DNA from: Adineta vaga
Lineage: Eukaryota; Animalia; Rotifera
Length of the DNA: 64,000 nt
Assembly (NCBI GenBank): GCA_021613535.1
Contig: CP075493.1
Coordinates: 6,200,001-6,264,000 of the forward strand
Direction of reading: 5' to 3'
This document shows, in pieces, positions 39,768-56,057 of this stretch (position 1 is the first letter of the stretch; each line of letters begins with the position of its first letter). The notes below the pieces were generated by a model that made no database searches, had not been told where the DNA came from, and saw nothing but the letters and a program-made list of their open reading frames with translations. The translations under genes and the position numbers were made by a program.

Positions 39768-40338
39768 ATGAAACAGAATAAAACAAAATCTACAACAGCC
39801 GTCAATCAATCAAAATTGAATAGGAGGTCAAATATTATCATTGATGTCTTTATTTCATTTGAAGATTCTTTCTCTTTTGCTACATAGACAGATGAATTCA
39901 TTGCATCAGAACGAAAATAAACATTTTTTTCGATGTTTACTCGAATCATTATTCAGAATTGATGTTGAAACTAATCGAATCTGTACATGTCAATCATTGA
40001 ATCGAAATACTAATGCATTTAGTCATGAGAATGAGAATCAACAACTGTATCCTCATATGCGAAAAGTTTATGATGATGATACAGATCTCCTTGATCAGGT
40101 ACATATTATTATGTCGACAATCAAACCAGAATGTTCTCTCAATGAACAGCATGAAGAATCCATTGCACAACGCCATCGTCGACATACACGTGTTTCGAAA
40201 CAACGTGCAAAAGTTTTAATTACTGGATATTGTTCGCGTAAAATAGCTGATAATGTAAAAATAGCAATAAATAAACGAAATTATTCATCGCTGTGCTTTC
40301 CTTTAATCAAACAAGAGAATAATACTGGTTCCTCTTAG
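39768..40338 (+). CDS. Orphan two-exon protein (~170 aa)
   Basis: ATG 39768 (MKQNKTKSTT..). A 61-nt GT-AG intron at 39827-39887 joins in frame to the 39841-40338 ORF. Confidence 0.6.
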
Positions 40339-40490
40339 ATAAATGAAATGAATTTCAATAATATATATATATATATTTTTAAACTGAAAAATGCTAGAAT
40401 TTGAACAAATTATATTATTCTGAATTAATTGAAAAAAGAAGGGAAACAGGAGATGAAAGATTTTGTTCTGGACTAATGTCATTCGTTTAT

Positions 40491-43173
<2,683 letters not shown>

Positions 43174-43338
43174 TTATCTACAAAATACGTAATCGATGTG
43201 GAAAAGTCTTAATGAATGTATAAGAAAAGAAATGATTTATTAAAAGGATATGTCGTAAAATTGTGGAACTCGAAGAAGGGCGTTAGTATAAAATATATTT
43301 AAATAGTTTTTTAGTTTCAGAGGGAAATTAATTCACGC

Positions 43339-44408
43339 TTAACTCTTAATTTCTTCTTGTTCATTAGGCGTTATAATTTCATCAACAAATTCAGCTTGAT
43401 CTTCATCTGATAATGAAGATGAACTCGGTGTCATCGATAATTGACTATTAAAATATTTATCAATTGGTTGAAAATGATTATCTTTTCTTCTTGATGTCTG
43501 TGATGATATTTGCATTTGTATCATTTCGGAATAATTATTTCCAAAACCAAATCGTTCCATCATATGTCGAACATATTCACTTGAACACAAATGTGAACCA
43601 TATTGAGCTGAATATGTATGCGGATCGGCACGAACTGTTCCAAGATGGCGAATATTTTGTACGATATTTACACGAGGTGCATCAAGGTGATCACTGTATT
43701 TCTTTGAACTGGTCTTTGTGCAGGTATTTGAGCTCGTTGAACGATAACACGTCGTTTTGATGGTGATTTGTAAGGGAGCCATTTTTCAATGATAACGGAT
43801 TGAGGTTTTTGTGGCAATGGTGCTTGGCATTGAATAATTATTTTACGTGGTGGTGGTGGTGGAGCAGGTAAATATCTATGTATGATACGAGGAGGTTCAA
43901 CAGATGGTGGGATAGGTGGACGCTCTCGAATGATTATTGGTGGTGGGGTTTTAGGCACATGAGGACGTTGATGAATAATCAATGGAGGAACTTCACGCGG
44001 TGGAGGTGCATGAACTTCTCGAATAATTAGCGGGCCTGGTTCGGGTGGTGTAGGTGGTCGTAAATATCGGATAAGTACATTCTGTTCATAAGTGACTTGA
44101 TTATTATTATGGTGTTGAATATATTGTGCATATGGATCGTAGGTAATATTTGTATAATCACTCTGATTAAATAAACGATCGATCGTATCAATGGAAGAGG
44201 AGCGTTGATGTGCCTCTTGCCAATTAACCAATGCCCTGTCTGAACTATCACTATTTCGTCGTTGATTTATTTGAGTTACAATTTCACAGTTTTCCGCAGT
44301 TGGTGTTGAATAAAATACGTCATCATTACTCGATGATAAACGTGATATATTACAATCGTGAATGGCGGTTGTTGAAAACAGTGCAGTTTCGATTTTATTT
44401 TCGGACAT
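43339..44408 (-). CDS. Proline-rich protein (PPTPP/IIIRERPP/EKWLPY type), split by a 1-nt frameshift at ~43684
   Basis: The 43668-44408 ORF continues into DAPRVNIVQNIRHLGTVRADP of the 43339-43782 frame if one base is restored. Confidence 0.7.
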
Positions 44409-45779
44409 TTTATCTAGCTGTTTGCATTTTCTACCTAGTTCCTATTTTCTCATTCTTTTTATATAGATAGTGACATATAAATGAGTAATTATAATCAATT
44501 ATATGTGAATCAATAATGATCAGTCAGGTGTATCGGCATACTCATCTGTGTAGGATGTGATGTTACTCGTAGACTGTTCATGAGAATTTTACTTTCTGTT
44601 CCAGTGAATCTTACAAACCATCGAACACATTCGAACGTCAAAACTATATAGCATCTCAAACAATTAACAATCTTACTATGAATCACCATCATTCTATGTG
44701 AGCTGAAAGTAGTTCGATCCGTCTATAAATATAATGAAATGGTTTAGTAGTATGAACTTACATAATGAAATGACACTATACCATTAATAGGAAGTTATTG
44801 GAATTGTGTCGTTTTGGTATGCCATAATGGTGCGAATACGGCTACATTCCGTCGAAAAATATGTTCGTAATCTTTTTGTTTTTTCTCACTGATTAGACAG
44901 AACAAGTTGTTTTTTAAAAGACTATGGCATCGTTTGAGAGAATAAACTGAACAGATGTGTATGACGATGTTAGTAACGAGAAAACAGCACCTATTCTACT
45001 GCTAAATACGTGAAGCAAACTCACTATATATATAGCCTTATCGTGATGATTTATCCCCTTATATTTAATCAAACGAAAAAGTTTGCAGTTGCGCAACTAA
45101 AACTACAATAGTGTGAAACTTTGTTATGAATCACATAGTATGCTATTCGACCTATCAGCTACTGCCAAGACTTTCGGAAGAAGAATCACTAAATAAAAAT
45201 GAAAGTGTTTTTCTCATTTATATTCGAATAGTTACTTTATTATACACGCGACACTGATTTTTTCCAACTTAGGAATTATGCCCAATAAAAACTATAAAAG
45301 AAAGAAAAATACACGTATGCCTTTATTCATTCACTGATCAAATAAACAGATGACAAGATCTTTCTGGATATAAAAACTACAATGTCATGGTGATTGTGCA
45401 AAAAAGAATATTTATATTTTGTCATTGAGAATGGTAGATTCATATTTCGTCATAGCTGACGTTTCAGGAATGAATAAGAAAATGACAGCAATATTATTTC
45501 TGCCGGACAGATATTTGTATAGATGGCGGTACTTTACAATTCTTACCTGTATCGGTAATGACTATAGCATATGACGGAAAATATATGAATAGATAGAACT
45601 AATACTACGTTTCATCTTGTATCGTCATGAAGTTAGCACTGATGAGTGTTTTTCGAAACATAGGACATCAATATTTTGTGAAACTCCACTATAAGATTTG
45701 CATTCTTTTCTTTTTGATCGATTCATTGTTATTCGATATAAAGACTATGATCGTGCAAAGACCTGTCTTATAAGGCATC

Positions 45780-46020
45780 TATTAACTACCTTCGAAAAGT
45801 GATGTGAAGATCTGTAATGAAGCACCATAGTGAAATAAATGAAATCTTACCAGCGGTCAAAATAGAAAATTTGACTGCTTATTCCGTTGTCAATAGTCAT
45901 TTCAAAATTCATAGAATAAACAATCTCCGAGTTATCAATGCATCAATAGTTCCTGCAGATTTTGTTTCGAAATCTGGACCTTATTCAACTGGCTATACTT
46001 GAGAAAAGGAGTTGAGTAAT
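45780..46020 (+). pseudogene. Decayed C-terminal fragment of a GMC oxidoreductase
   Basis: YSVVNSHFKIHRINNLRVINASIVP resembles the GMC_oxred_C signature VVDxxLRVHGxxxLRVVDASxMP. A stop precedes EK, and no intact upstream ORF is present. Confidence 0.6.
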
Positions 46021-47053
46021 GCAAAAAGTAAAGAAATTATAACTCAAATTTTCATCAATCAACTTCACGTTATCAATTCTTTGAGAAACATATTAGACTA
46101 AAATAGGAACTCTCGAAATGATATCCACCTGATTAATACCTGCAGCAGTAAATCAGTCAAGATTTTAAATCGAATTCTTCTCTTTTATAGCAGTACGACT
46201 GATCTAGTGAAAATATGTATGGAGTTGCTATAATACCTTCCACTCATAATAGAAGTCATATTCTTATTTTATGTCTATTTTGAAGGAGAAGAGTTATCAA
46301 ATATATTAGATGTCCCCTCATTTTAATACTATAACATATATTTCGGAAGGGATAATATTTCATTCTTAATTTAAGACAGTTTATTATTTTTAAAAACGAA
46401 AGTATTGCATCAAGACTAATCTCAATAAACTTTCGATCAACTCTTATAAATTTTTTTTATGTTAGTTTGATTCTAGTTCCTCGAACTTAAAAACCCTACG
46501 TTCACTTTTTTCTCACATAGAACACAAGAGGTTCTCGTAATAAAAGCTTGCTGCAGTCTAATTATAGCTTGAGAAAACATACAAAACAAGCGAACAAACT
46601 TTAAGTAAATTCGCATTAAGCATTTATTCCTTTCTTTCCTAGAAAATGAAATAAAGTCGTTTTCTATCATTTTTATTTTATTTTCTATTCAATTAATATC
46701 AGATATCGACGTTCACCACAAACAAGTTATTTATAACAGAACTGATATGCAAGAGGATTTTGTGAATCCACAGATTATTTTAAAATCATAGAAGAAGACA
46801 GATGTCACTATAGCACAATTTCAATTTTCACGATACACATCTCTTTACATGAATTTTCCAATATATCCTTATGTACGAGTACTTTGAAATGTAATTACTG
46901 AACAGAAAACTTCATCATGTCATTGCGATATTCTTGTAATTACCGATCAGACTTTATTGGTTCTTGCATCATCAAACGAAAGATGATGAGTCATAAGAAT
47001 TAAAAATTCACTTCACGACTGAAAAGTTTTTCACTTCGTATTTGTTTAGTAAT

Positions 47054-50000
47054 ATGCAAAATCTTCGATTAATCAATACTCGAACAGTATCACTGGGTGA
47101 TTTAACTGGTGCTGATATCATCCGACGTTTTGCTATTGATATAGACAAGCAACTTATCTATCTACTGACTTCTCATTCCATATATTCGTTAACATTAGAT
47201 AATGATAAATACAAATCAATCTATTCATCAACTGATCAAACAACAACTATTGAAGATCTATGTTATCTTTCAGAAATCAATCAACTTAATTTAGGTTTAT
47301 CCAATGGTGATTTACTTTCATTACAATTCGATGAAGATTTAGACGAAAATATCAATACTATTGGTACATTAGAAGAATGTATACATGAATTAAAATCAAG
47401 TCCTGATCAACAAATTCTCGTAGCCGTTACTAACACAAAAGTATTGTTACTTTCAACAAATAATGATTATGAACCCATTGCTGAAACAATACTCGATACA
47501 AATGAATTTGGTGAACAACAATTAGTCAATGTTGGTTGGGGTTCCAAAACAACTCAATTCCATGGTTCAGTTGGTAAAAAAGCAGCACATGAACCAGTTG
47601 TGTATTACCAATGAAAACGCGATCTGATGATGATGATGGTCGAAGTCGTATTGTATGGCGTGATGATGGTGATCTATTTGCTGTTTCATTTATTTCATCA
47701 ACAAATCAATGGCGTACAATAAAGATCTTCAATAAACAAGGTCAATTACAATCAACAAATGAATCACCATTAAATGGTTGTATTGAATCAGCAATAGCTT
47801 GGAAGATAAGTGGTGAATTAATTAGTGCTGCAATGCGATTTAATAATGGACAAAAATTAACTGTTAGTTTTCTGGAAAAAAATGGTCTTAAACATGGTGA
47901 ATTAATTTTGGAAAATACAGCATATGTAGAACATTTAGCATGGAATAAAGATTCAACTATTCTTGCTATTGTTCTTCGTCAACAGGTCAATTTCTTTGTA
48001 ATTCTCGTCAATTAATCTTTAGAATATATATTTCTTATTTTAGAAAGATTCTTTTCTACAATTATGGTCATGTAGTAATTATCATTGGTATTTAAAACAA
48101 TCATTTCCATTTTCTTCAACAAAAATTCAAGCCCTTCTTTGGGATATTGATGTTGCGAATAAACTTCATTTTATCACTGATAATGGTCAATATCGTTCAA
48201 TGACATGGTCATGGACAAATGAAATAAGTTATACAAATACGCGTTCATTAGTATTTCTTATTGGTGGATGTCATTTATTCGTTTCGGATTTTACTCATTC
48301 ATCCATTCCACCACCAATGTCATCGTATGAAATCATATGTCCATTACCTGTAATTGCCATTGCCTTTGATGATGATCATAATCAACTAGTTCTCATTCTT
48401 TCGGATCGTTCTCTAGCAATATGTGGTACATCATCTGATCTACCTGATTACGTACAATAATTCATTTATCCGAAACGAAATCTGTTCATTATGTACAATC
48501 ATTAATTTCATCAACTGATTCACCGATAAAAAACATTCATAATGCAACACATTTTCGTCTTATTAATCAACAATTAATGTTCATTGAAGATTCTCATTTA
48601 CATATTTATAATATTGAAACTAAAACAAAATCAAATGTACCATTAAATTTTCATTGTTTAACAACGGCCGTTGATCATGAAACAACGAAACATTTATATT
48701 TACAAGATGAACATGGAAAAATCTATCGATTAGATAATCAAGAATTACATGCTAAAATGCTTTTTCCTCGACCATGTTCACATTTTTCTGTTGTTATCAA
48801 TGGACAATTTATTGGTTTAACAGAAAACTATCGATTATATTTGAATACAACTGAATTAGCACATAATTGTAATTCGTACTTTATTCATGATAGAACTATA
48901 TTAGTTTATTCAACTCTACAACATCAACTAGCTTTTCAATCATTGATAACTAATCAAACAATTACTGATATTAGTCATCGACGAACTGGTAAGTATTGTC
49001 ATTCAAAATAAGCGATTTTTATTTTTTGCATTTTCAAGAACGTGGAACTCGTATTGTCTGTACAGCATATACAGATTTAAAACTAGTTCTTCAAATGCCA
49101 CGTGGTAATTTAGAAACCATCTATCCTCGACCATTATTATTAACATATATCTGTTCGGAATTACTCAATAGTAAAACATTAAATTATCAACGTGCATTTG
49201 AATTAATGCGTAAAAATCGTTTAAATCTTAATTTTCTCTATGATTATAAACCGAAACAATTCTTCGATAATATTTCCACGTTTATTACAAATACACGAAA
49301 TGATGATGATATTTGTTTATTTCTTAGTGAAATTGATAATGAGAAAAATACACGAAATGAATATATGAAATATATTTTAAAAGAAGAAGAATATCCATCA
49401 ACGGACAATCAAACATGGCATCCGAAAGCAAATTTAATCTGTGAAAAATTTCGTTCATATTTAGAAGCATCAACTGATTCTGACAAACACATGAATTCTA
49501 TTCTAACAACTTATATTAAACAATCACCTGCGAATATGGAAGGTGCATTAAAATATCTCAATCAACATCCGAAATTATTCGATAATGCTATACGTTATTT
49601 AACCTATTTCATTGATATCGATCGTTTATATGATATTGCTTTGGGTACATATAATTTTGATCTTGTTCTTATGATCAGTGAAAAGACACAAAAAGATCCG
49701 AAAGAATATTTACCAGAATTGAATCAATTACGTTTAGTTACCAATCATAATTGGAGAAAATTTAAAATTGATTGTCGATTAAAACGTTATAAGAAAGCAA
49801 TTGAAAATGGATGTGATTATCTAATTGAATGTTTAATAAATAAACAAGTCGATGAAATACGTGAAAAATTTCAAGAATTTTTAATTATTCTGGAAAATAA
49901 TCGATTATATAAATTAGCAATGAAAAAATTATTATCAAACGAACAAATTCAATCAACGATGGAATATGTCAATGATATTATTCGTTTATATGGAGATTAT

Positions 50001-51180
50001 TTGATGACAAAGAAATATTATATTGAAGCAGCACTAGTCTACGAACGAGGAAAACTATACGAACAAGCAACAAAAGCTTTTCGACAAGGAAAAGATGTTC
50101 AAAATTCTTTGAAATTATTACCTGATGTTATTAAACAAGTTAAACAGGTAAGTTTGCTTTTTTGAGAGACAAAAAAAACAAGTATTCGTTATTTTCTATT
50201 TTCAGCCGGTTAGTAATGCCGAACAATATCGTTCGTTAGCTGAACAATTTCATCATGATTCTTTATACGTTGAATCTGGTCAAATCTATGAAAACTATTT
50301 GAATGATTATGAAGAAGCATTTCTATCATATTTACAAGGACATGAATGGTCTCATGTCATTCGTCTATTCACAACATTTTTACATGATCGTCATGATTTG
50401 TATGAACATGAGTTTCTTTCAGCATTCAATAGTTTCTACGATGAATTACAACGACAAATTCGTAATGATTATGAAAAATTTCAAACCCATTCAAAACGTC
50501 TTAGTCTTCTTCGAACAAATCTTTTTCAACATATCAAAGAAATTCTTAACTCAGGCCGTGATTATGATATTGATGAAAATGATGATCAATCCGATAATGA
50601 TGATCATCAATTTCCTGACGATCGACGTACATTAGCAACACGTACAGCAGCTGATGATACTGGTTCAATTCGAACACGTCTAACAAAAAAATCCGGTTCA
50701 ATATCATCGAGTAAGAAATCACAACGACGTGCCGCACAACAACAAGAAAAACTAGTTCAATTAAAAGAAGGTTCGAAACATGAAGATCTTGCATTAATTC
50801 GTGAATTATGGTTATTAATCACAAAATTTGATAAATTAAATTCCGATATTCGTCATGTGAATAAAATCTGTTATCAAATTAGTAGTTATCAGAATTCTCT
50901 TGAATATGAATTCAAAGGTGAAGTCTTACAGAATAAATACAGTGACTATTTAAATTCGATTGAAAAACAATTATCAATCATTTGGCTAAGCAATCCTGAA
51001 CCACAGCAACAACAACAAAAACAAGAGAATGTTCAAGTTCTAATTATTCATAAAAAGATTCGTGAAAAATTGAAAAAAGAACTTGATTTAATTTCTAATC
51101 AATATCGTGTTTCTCCGGTATTAAATTCGAAAACGTCTCAATGGAAACTTGTTCTTTTCGATTCGGATGTTTCAGTTTAA
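47054..51180 (+). CDS. ELP1: Elongator complex protein 1 (IKBKAP), with two apparent 1-nt frameshifts (~47604, ~48450)
   Basis: VNVGWGSKTTQFHGSVGK, WRDDG, FLEKNGLKHG, SNYHWYLKQ, IPPPMS, ERGTRIV..LQMPRGNLETIYPR, ALGTYNFDLV..QKDPKEYLP. Confidence 0.93.
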
Positions 51181-51245
51181 TGTTTTTTCTAGTGCTTTCG
51201 TTTTTTTGTTTGTTTTTTTTTAGATTTTTTTAATAAAAAAAAATC

Positions 51246-51727
51246 ATGACAGTAAATATTGATGATTTCTATTTACGATATTATGTTGGCCATAAAGGTA
51301 AATTTGGACATGAATTTCTCGAATTTGAATTTCGACCGAATGGAAAATTACGTTATGCAAATAATTCCAATTATAAAAAAGATACATTAATCGATCAATT
51401 ATTGAAGAATTAAAACGAATTATCAATCAATCTGATATCATGAAAGAAGATGATGCTGTTTGGTAAGTTATGTGAGATTGGGAAAATTGATTCAGTAGTT
51501 AAATTGGATTTTCTAGGCCACAACAAGATCGTACCGGTTGACAAGAATTAGAAATTGTCTTTGGTGATGAACATATTTCATTTACTACATCAAAAATTGG
51601 TTCATTGCTTGATATTAATAATAGTCGTGATCCCGATGGTTTACGTTGTTTTTATTATCTTGTTCAAGATTTAAAATGTTTTGTTTTCTCATCAATAAAT
51701 TTACATTTCAAAATACAACCAATCTAA
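51246..51727 (+). pseudogene. MAGOH: mago nashi (exon junction complex core) unprocessed pseudogene
   Basis: [38 protein letters not shown], then a frameshifting loss of IRKEAYV at ~51389, a retained intron 51463-51516, an in-frame TGA at 51539-51541, then [33 protein letters not shown]. Confidence 0.9.
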
Positions 51728-51778
51728 AACAAGAATATTTAAATTGTTTTTTCATTATTATTTCATTTTTTGTTATAG

Positions 51779-53365
51779 ATGACATCATCATCTTGTTTAA
51801 AGAACTTCGACTGGATTTCTAATTATGGACCATCTTTTGTTGTACCAGCATCGAATTGTGATGTTCTCTATGAACCAAGTGATTTTTTCAAAGAATTGAA
51901 TACAATTTATGCAAATGCAAAAAAACGAATATATATTTCATCACTTTATTTTGGTACTGATCCATATGAATATGAAATGGTAGATGAAATGCTTTCCTCA
52001 ACAATTGAACTGAAAAATCGACTTTTTCTTTTGTGTTTTGTTCTCTTAAGATCGATTCTATTCGAACAGCTGCAAAGGATCCATCTGTTCGTTTGGTTGT
52101 TCTACTCGATTATTTACGTGGTCTTCGAATAGATAATCAGAAAGAAAAGACAACATCGAAATCAATGTTTCTTCCATTATTGGAAGAATTTTCTTCACAA
52201 GTTGATTTCTATCTTTTTCATACACCACTTCTTCATGGTTTCCTACGGAAAATCGTTCCAATGCGATATAATGAATCATGGGGTGTACAACATATGAAAA
52301 TCTATATGGCTGATGATACTTTGATCATAAGTGGGTAAAAAGAACTGATTTTTATTGTTTTCTCCGAAGAAATTCCCATTTTTTTACTAGTGCTAATTTG
52401 AATAAATCATATTTCGATAATCGACAAGACCGATATTTAAAATTGCAAGATTCTCCTGATCTTTGTCAATTTTTTATTGATATTATCGAAACAGTTGCTA
52501 AGCAATCTTTTAAAGTCGAAGTTAATCAACCGGAGCCAATATTCTTAGGTAAAAATCATCCCTATGAAGGTGATAATAATCAATATCGTCTTGATGTTGA
52601 AAATGATCTTACATCTCTAATGAAAACATATCAAATACGTTTTCCAAAACCGCAATCCTTATCTGATGATCAAGCATTGATTGTTCCATTAATACAAATG
52701 GGAATGTTTAATATCAATCATGATCGTGATTTTAACATCTATCTATATTCACATCTACCAATTGAGTCGAAACTTTATCTTGCTACATCTTACTTCAATA
52801 TGACACAAGAATATGCTAAAGAATTAATTGATAATAAACGAAAAGATACAACGATTAGTTTACTAACAGCATCACCACAAGCAAATGGATTTTATGGTAG
52901 TCGCGGAATGAGTCAATATGTTCCGATTGGTTATAGTGAAAATGAACGTGAATTTATTGAAAAAGCAGAAAATAAATGTGCTAATGATGGACAAATTCAA
53001 ATGTTTGAATACTATCGTTCACAATGGACATATCATGCCAAAGGTTTATGGTTGTATGAAAAAGGAAAAGAATATCCTGTATTAACTTGTATTGGTTCAC
53101 CAAATTTCGGTAAAAACGAAACAGTTATTTTTACATTAGATGTGTTGTTGTTTTTTTCTTAGGTGCACGTTCTATTCAACGTGATTTAGAAGCTCAATTA
53201 GCTATTCTAACAAATAACGAAAGTTTACGAATGAAATTACATCGTGAACGTCAACGATTATTTCAATATGGTACGAGTGTTACTGGTGAAACATTCAAAC
53301 AATCATCACGTATTGCACCACTTTGGGGACCATTATTTATGAAAATTTTTCGAAATTTTTTCTAA
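51779..53365 (+). CDS. PGS1: CDP-diacylglycerol--glycerol-3-phosphate 3-phosphatidyltransferase (PGP synthase)
   Basis: RIYISSLY, LLDYLRGLR, LFHTP, QHMKIY..DDTLIISGANL..YFDNRQDRY, ANGFYG, WTYHAKGLW, IGSPNFG.RS..RDLEAQ. Confidence 0.93.
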
Positions 53366-55259
53366 AGAAGATTTTTCGATTAATAAAATAATTGTGATTC
53401 TGTTATTCATCACTATTTCATCAAGATTATTTTTTATATATCAGGTATGAATTTGACAAATAAGATTAGAATACATACGATACATTCAGATAAATACATC
53501 ATGCCTAGAATTTCGTATTAATATCCAAAGCAAACACGATTATCAAGGATATTTTCGAGAAAGTACACGTCGAGTTATATTTTGATAAAAGAATTAATTT
53601 TTAATGATCCAATACGAAAAAGTCATGCATGATTATTTGAATGATATGCACGATTGCTTGTATATTGTTCCTAAAGTACTCAGTTGTTCGAGAATGACTT
53701 GAAATTCAGTATCAACATTCTATATTCAACCATAAAACAATCAAACATAAAATGTTTATCTTTTACAATCATCAAAGTAATTAATAGAATAAAATAACAG
53801 CAAATTCAAAGAAAAAACATTCTCTTCTAAAAATAAATTATGATAAACGTATTTGTGGACACGACAAACATTTTCTATTAGTATTTCATCAAATTTCTTT
53901 CTGAATGTGGCGAACGAATAAGAAGAAGAAAAAAAAGGAATTATTCTTTTTTTTTACTCAATCTCTTTCCCGTCAATATTATGAATTGACGAGCAATCTA
54001 TTAGATTCTTATCATTGTAAGTTGTGCTTCTAATCATTACATTTTCTAGAATGTCTAGAGAACATGAGAAACTAATTTGACTGACTGTGTTTTTCTTACG
54101 AACAGGAAAACAAATAATTAACTAAATAGATTACACTAAAAATATCACAGCAAGAAAGAGGCCTTTGAATTGCCAAGGTTATTTCAGAGGACCATCTATT
54201 TACATTCCTGTTCAAATATATGACGAGGTTGGCTGCATAAATGATTGAATACCTTGAATTTCTACTCAAATTTGAATGCATATTAGAATTAAGAGAACAT
54301 TCACATACGAGTATATCAGATCTTCATAATAGAAGGAAAGAACGTTAATTAGTGTAGAGAAAAAGAGAAAGCAAGAAAAAACAGATGCTTTCATTCGATT
54401 CAATGTCGATTTTACAGAAAAAAAAAGGTCGATTCGAATCAATTGAGCATTGATGGTTATTTATTTTATTTTTTACACTTTTCAACTTATCGTCAAGAGT
54501 AAACTACTTGACAGTATAGTTTAAAGAAGCAGATTTGTTTTGAATTTCAGGTATGGTTACTTCTCTCTCTCTCTCGTTTTATTTCATCTACGAATGATGG
54601 AAATCAATAGATGTAGACGATGAGAACTTTGAATATGATCATGTCTAGAATAATGACGAAAGAAAAAAATCAATTAAATAGAAAAGAAATCATACGATTG
54701 AAAACAGTAAACTATTTTACATTTTTCTTTCATCTTGAGTTAAGGTCATTGGAATATATATTTACAATTGTCAAGTAAGGAAAGATATCGGTGAGATTTC
54801 TTCTATTTTTTTTCTTCTTCTTATCTATTTCGAATAACATGACGTAAAAAATAACTGCTTCTTCTTATGTTACGAACTATGGAAGAACAAACATCTTTTT
54901 TTCTTCTACATATGTGTATATATACTTCAAGTTCGTTTGTTAAGAATCAGTGAATAATCAATCCGAGGTATTTTCGAGTTCTTCGGTAATATTATGTTAA
55001 CTGTTTTCGAACAAACAATTTATCATAGAAAACATTGTACATGTAAGTTTTTTAAGAGGATAAAAGCTTGGAGTTTTTATCGATTAATCAAATACAATGT
55101 TTGTCCATAGAAAATCAAATATGGTTGCTTTGTTCTCCTTTTACTTTCCTTTTTTTTATGAAATTATAAAAGAAAAAAGGAAAATAAGTAACAACGTTAC
55201 TTCATCTTCTTATTTCTTTGTCCAACAGTTTTGTTTTCTTTCTTGCTCTTTCATCAATT

Positions 55260-56057
55260 ATGGTCGATATTTTATTCAGATCACCGCTAATGAACGTCTT
55301 ATCTCAACCTCTTGTCATTCCAACAACTCATCAACGTCGTCTGATCGGTAGTCCTCGTTCACCCATGTTTCTCAATGCTGCACCTATAGCTGTTAGTAAT
55401 AAAATCAGAGCAATTCAAGCACGTAAAACTCGTATTACACTGATCACATCCGATGCTGTTCATACAGATATTCGTCCGTTAAATTTCAGTTGCAAAAGTG
55501 GTGTAGCAAAATCTCGAACAGATTATTCAGTCGTAACAGCAGAAAAACTAGTTGATCGTAGTAAAGATATTCGTCTCGATCGTATTTCAGCGCGTCAACA
55601 ATCTCGTCCATCTGTTGTGCTAAATACAAATAATAATCAGCCAAATATATTTTGGTCAAATTATCAACAATCAAGCAAATATAATAAACAGAATCCTACG
55701 CAATCAAATTCTACGGCTCGTACACCGCCTGGTCATGAATCAGCGAAAGCAAAATCACCAATGCGTAAAATGCCTGATATTCCTCGACGACAACCTCGTC
55801 AAACATCGATCGATCGACCTGATCCTCTTCTAACAGTCGAAATAAAAGAAAGATCGAAATCTAAACCACAACCAACACGTGCTTCAAGAATTAAATCTCA
55901 TGATAGACTAATTCATCATAATAATATTCGAGCAAATGACAATGAAGAAGATGATGATAACGGTAATAATCCTCTCATGGATGAAGAATTTGAAGAATAT
56001 TTGGAAAAAGCTATTGTGAAATGTGCCGATTGGCTTATTAAATACGTATTTATTTGA
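55260..56057 (+). CDS. Intronless orphan protein: basic low-complexity body, C-terminal helix EFEEYLEKAIVKCADWLIKYVF
   Basis: 265-codon ORF from ATG 55260 with coding-like composition in AT-rich DNA. No family recognised. Confidence 0.6.
   Translation: MVDILFRSPLMNVLSQPLVIPTTHQRRLIGSPRSPMFLNAAPIAVSNKIRAIQARKTRITLITSDAVHTDIRPLNFSCKSGVAKSRTDYSVVTAEKLVDRSKDIRLDRISARQQSRPSVVLNTNNNQPNIFWSNYQQSSKYNKQNPTQSNSTARTPPGHESAKAKSPMRKMPDIPRRQPRQTSIDRPDPLLTVEIKERSKSKPQPTRASRIKSHDRLIHHNNIRANDNEEDDDNGNNPLMDEEFEEYLEKAIVKCADWLIKYVFI

Noticed and set aside
53400-54330. Coding-like fragments downstream of PGS1
   Set aside because: All frames are interrupted and no family could be recognised.
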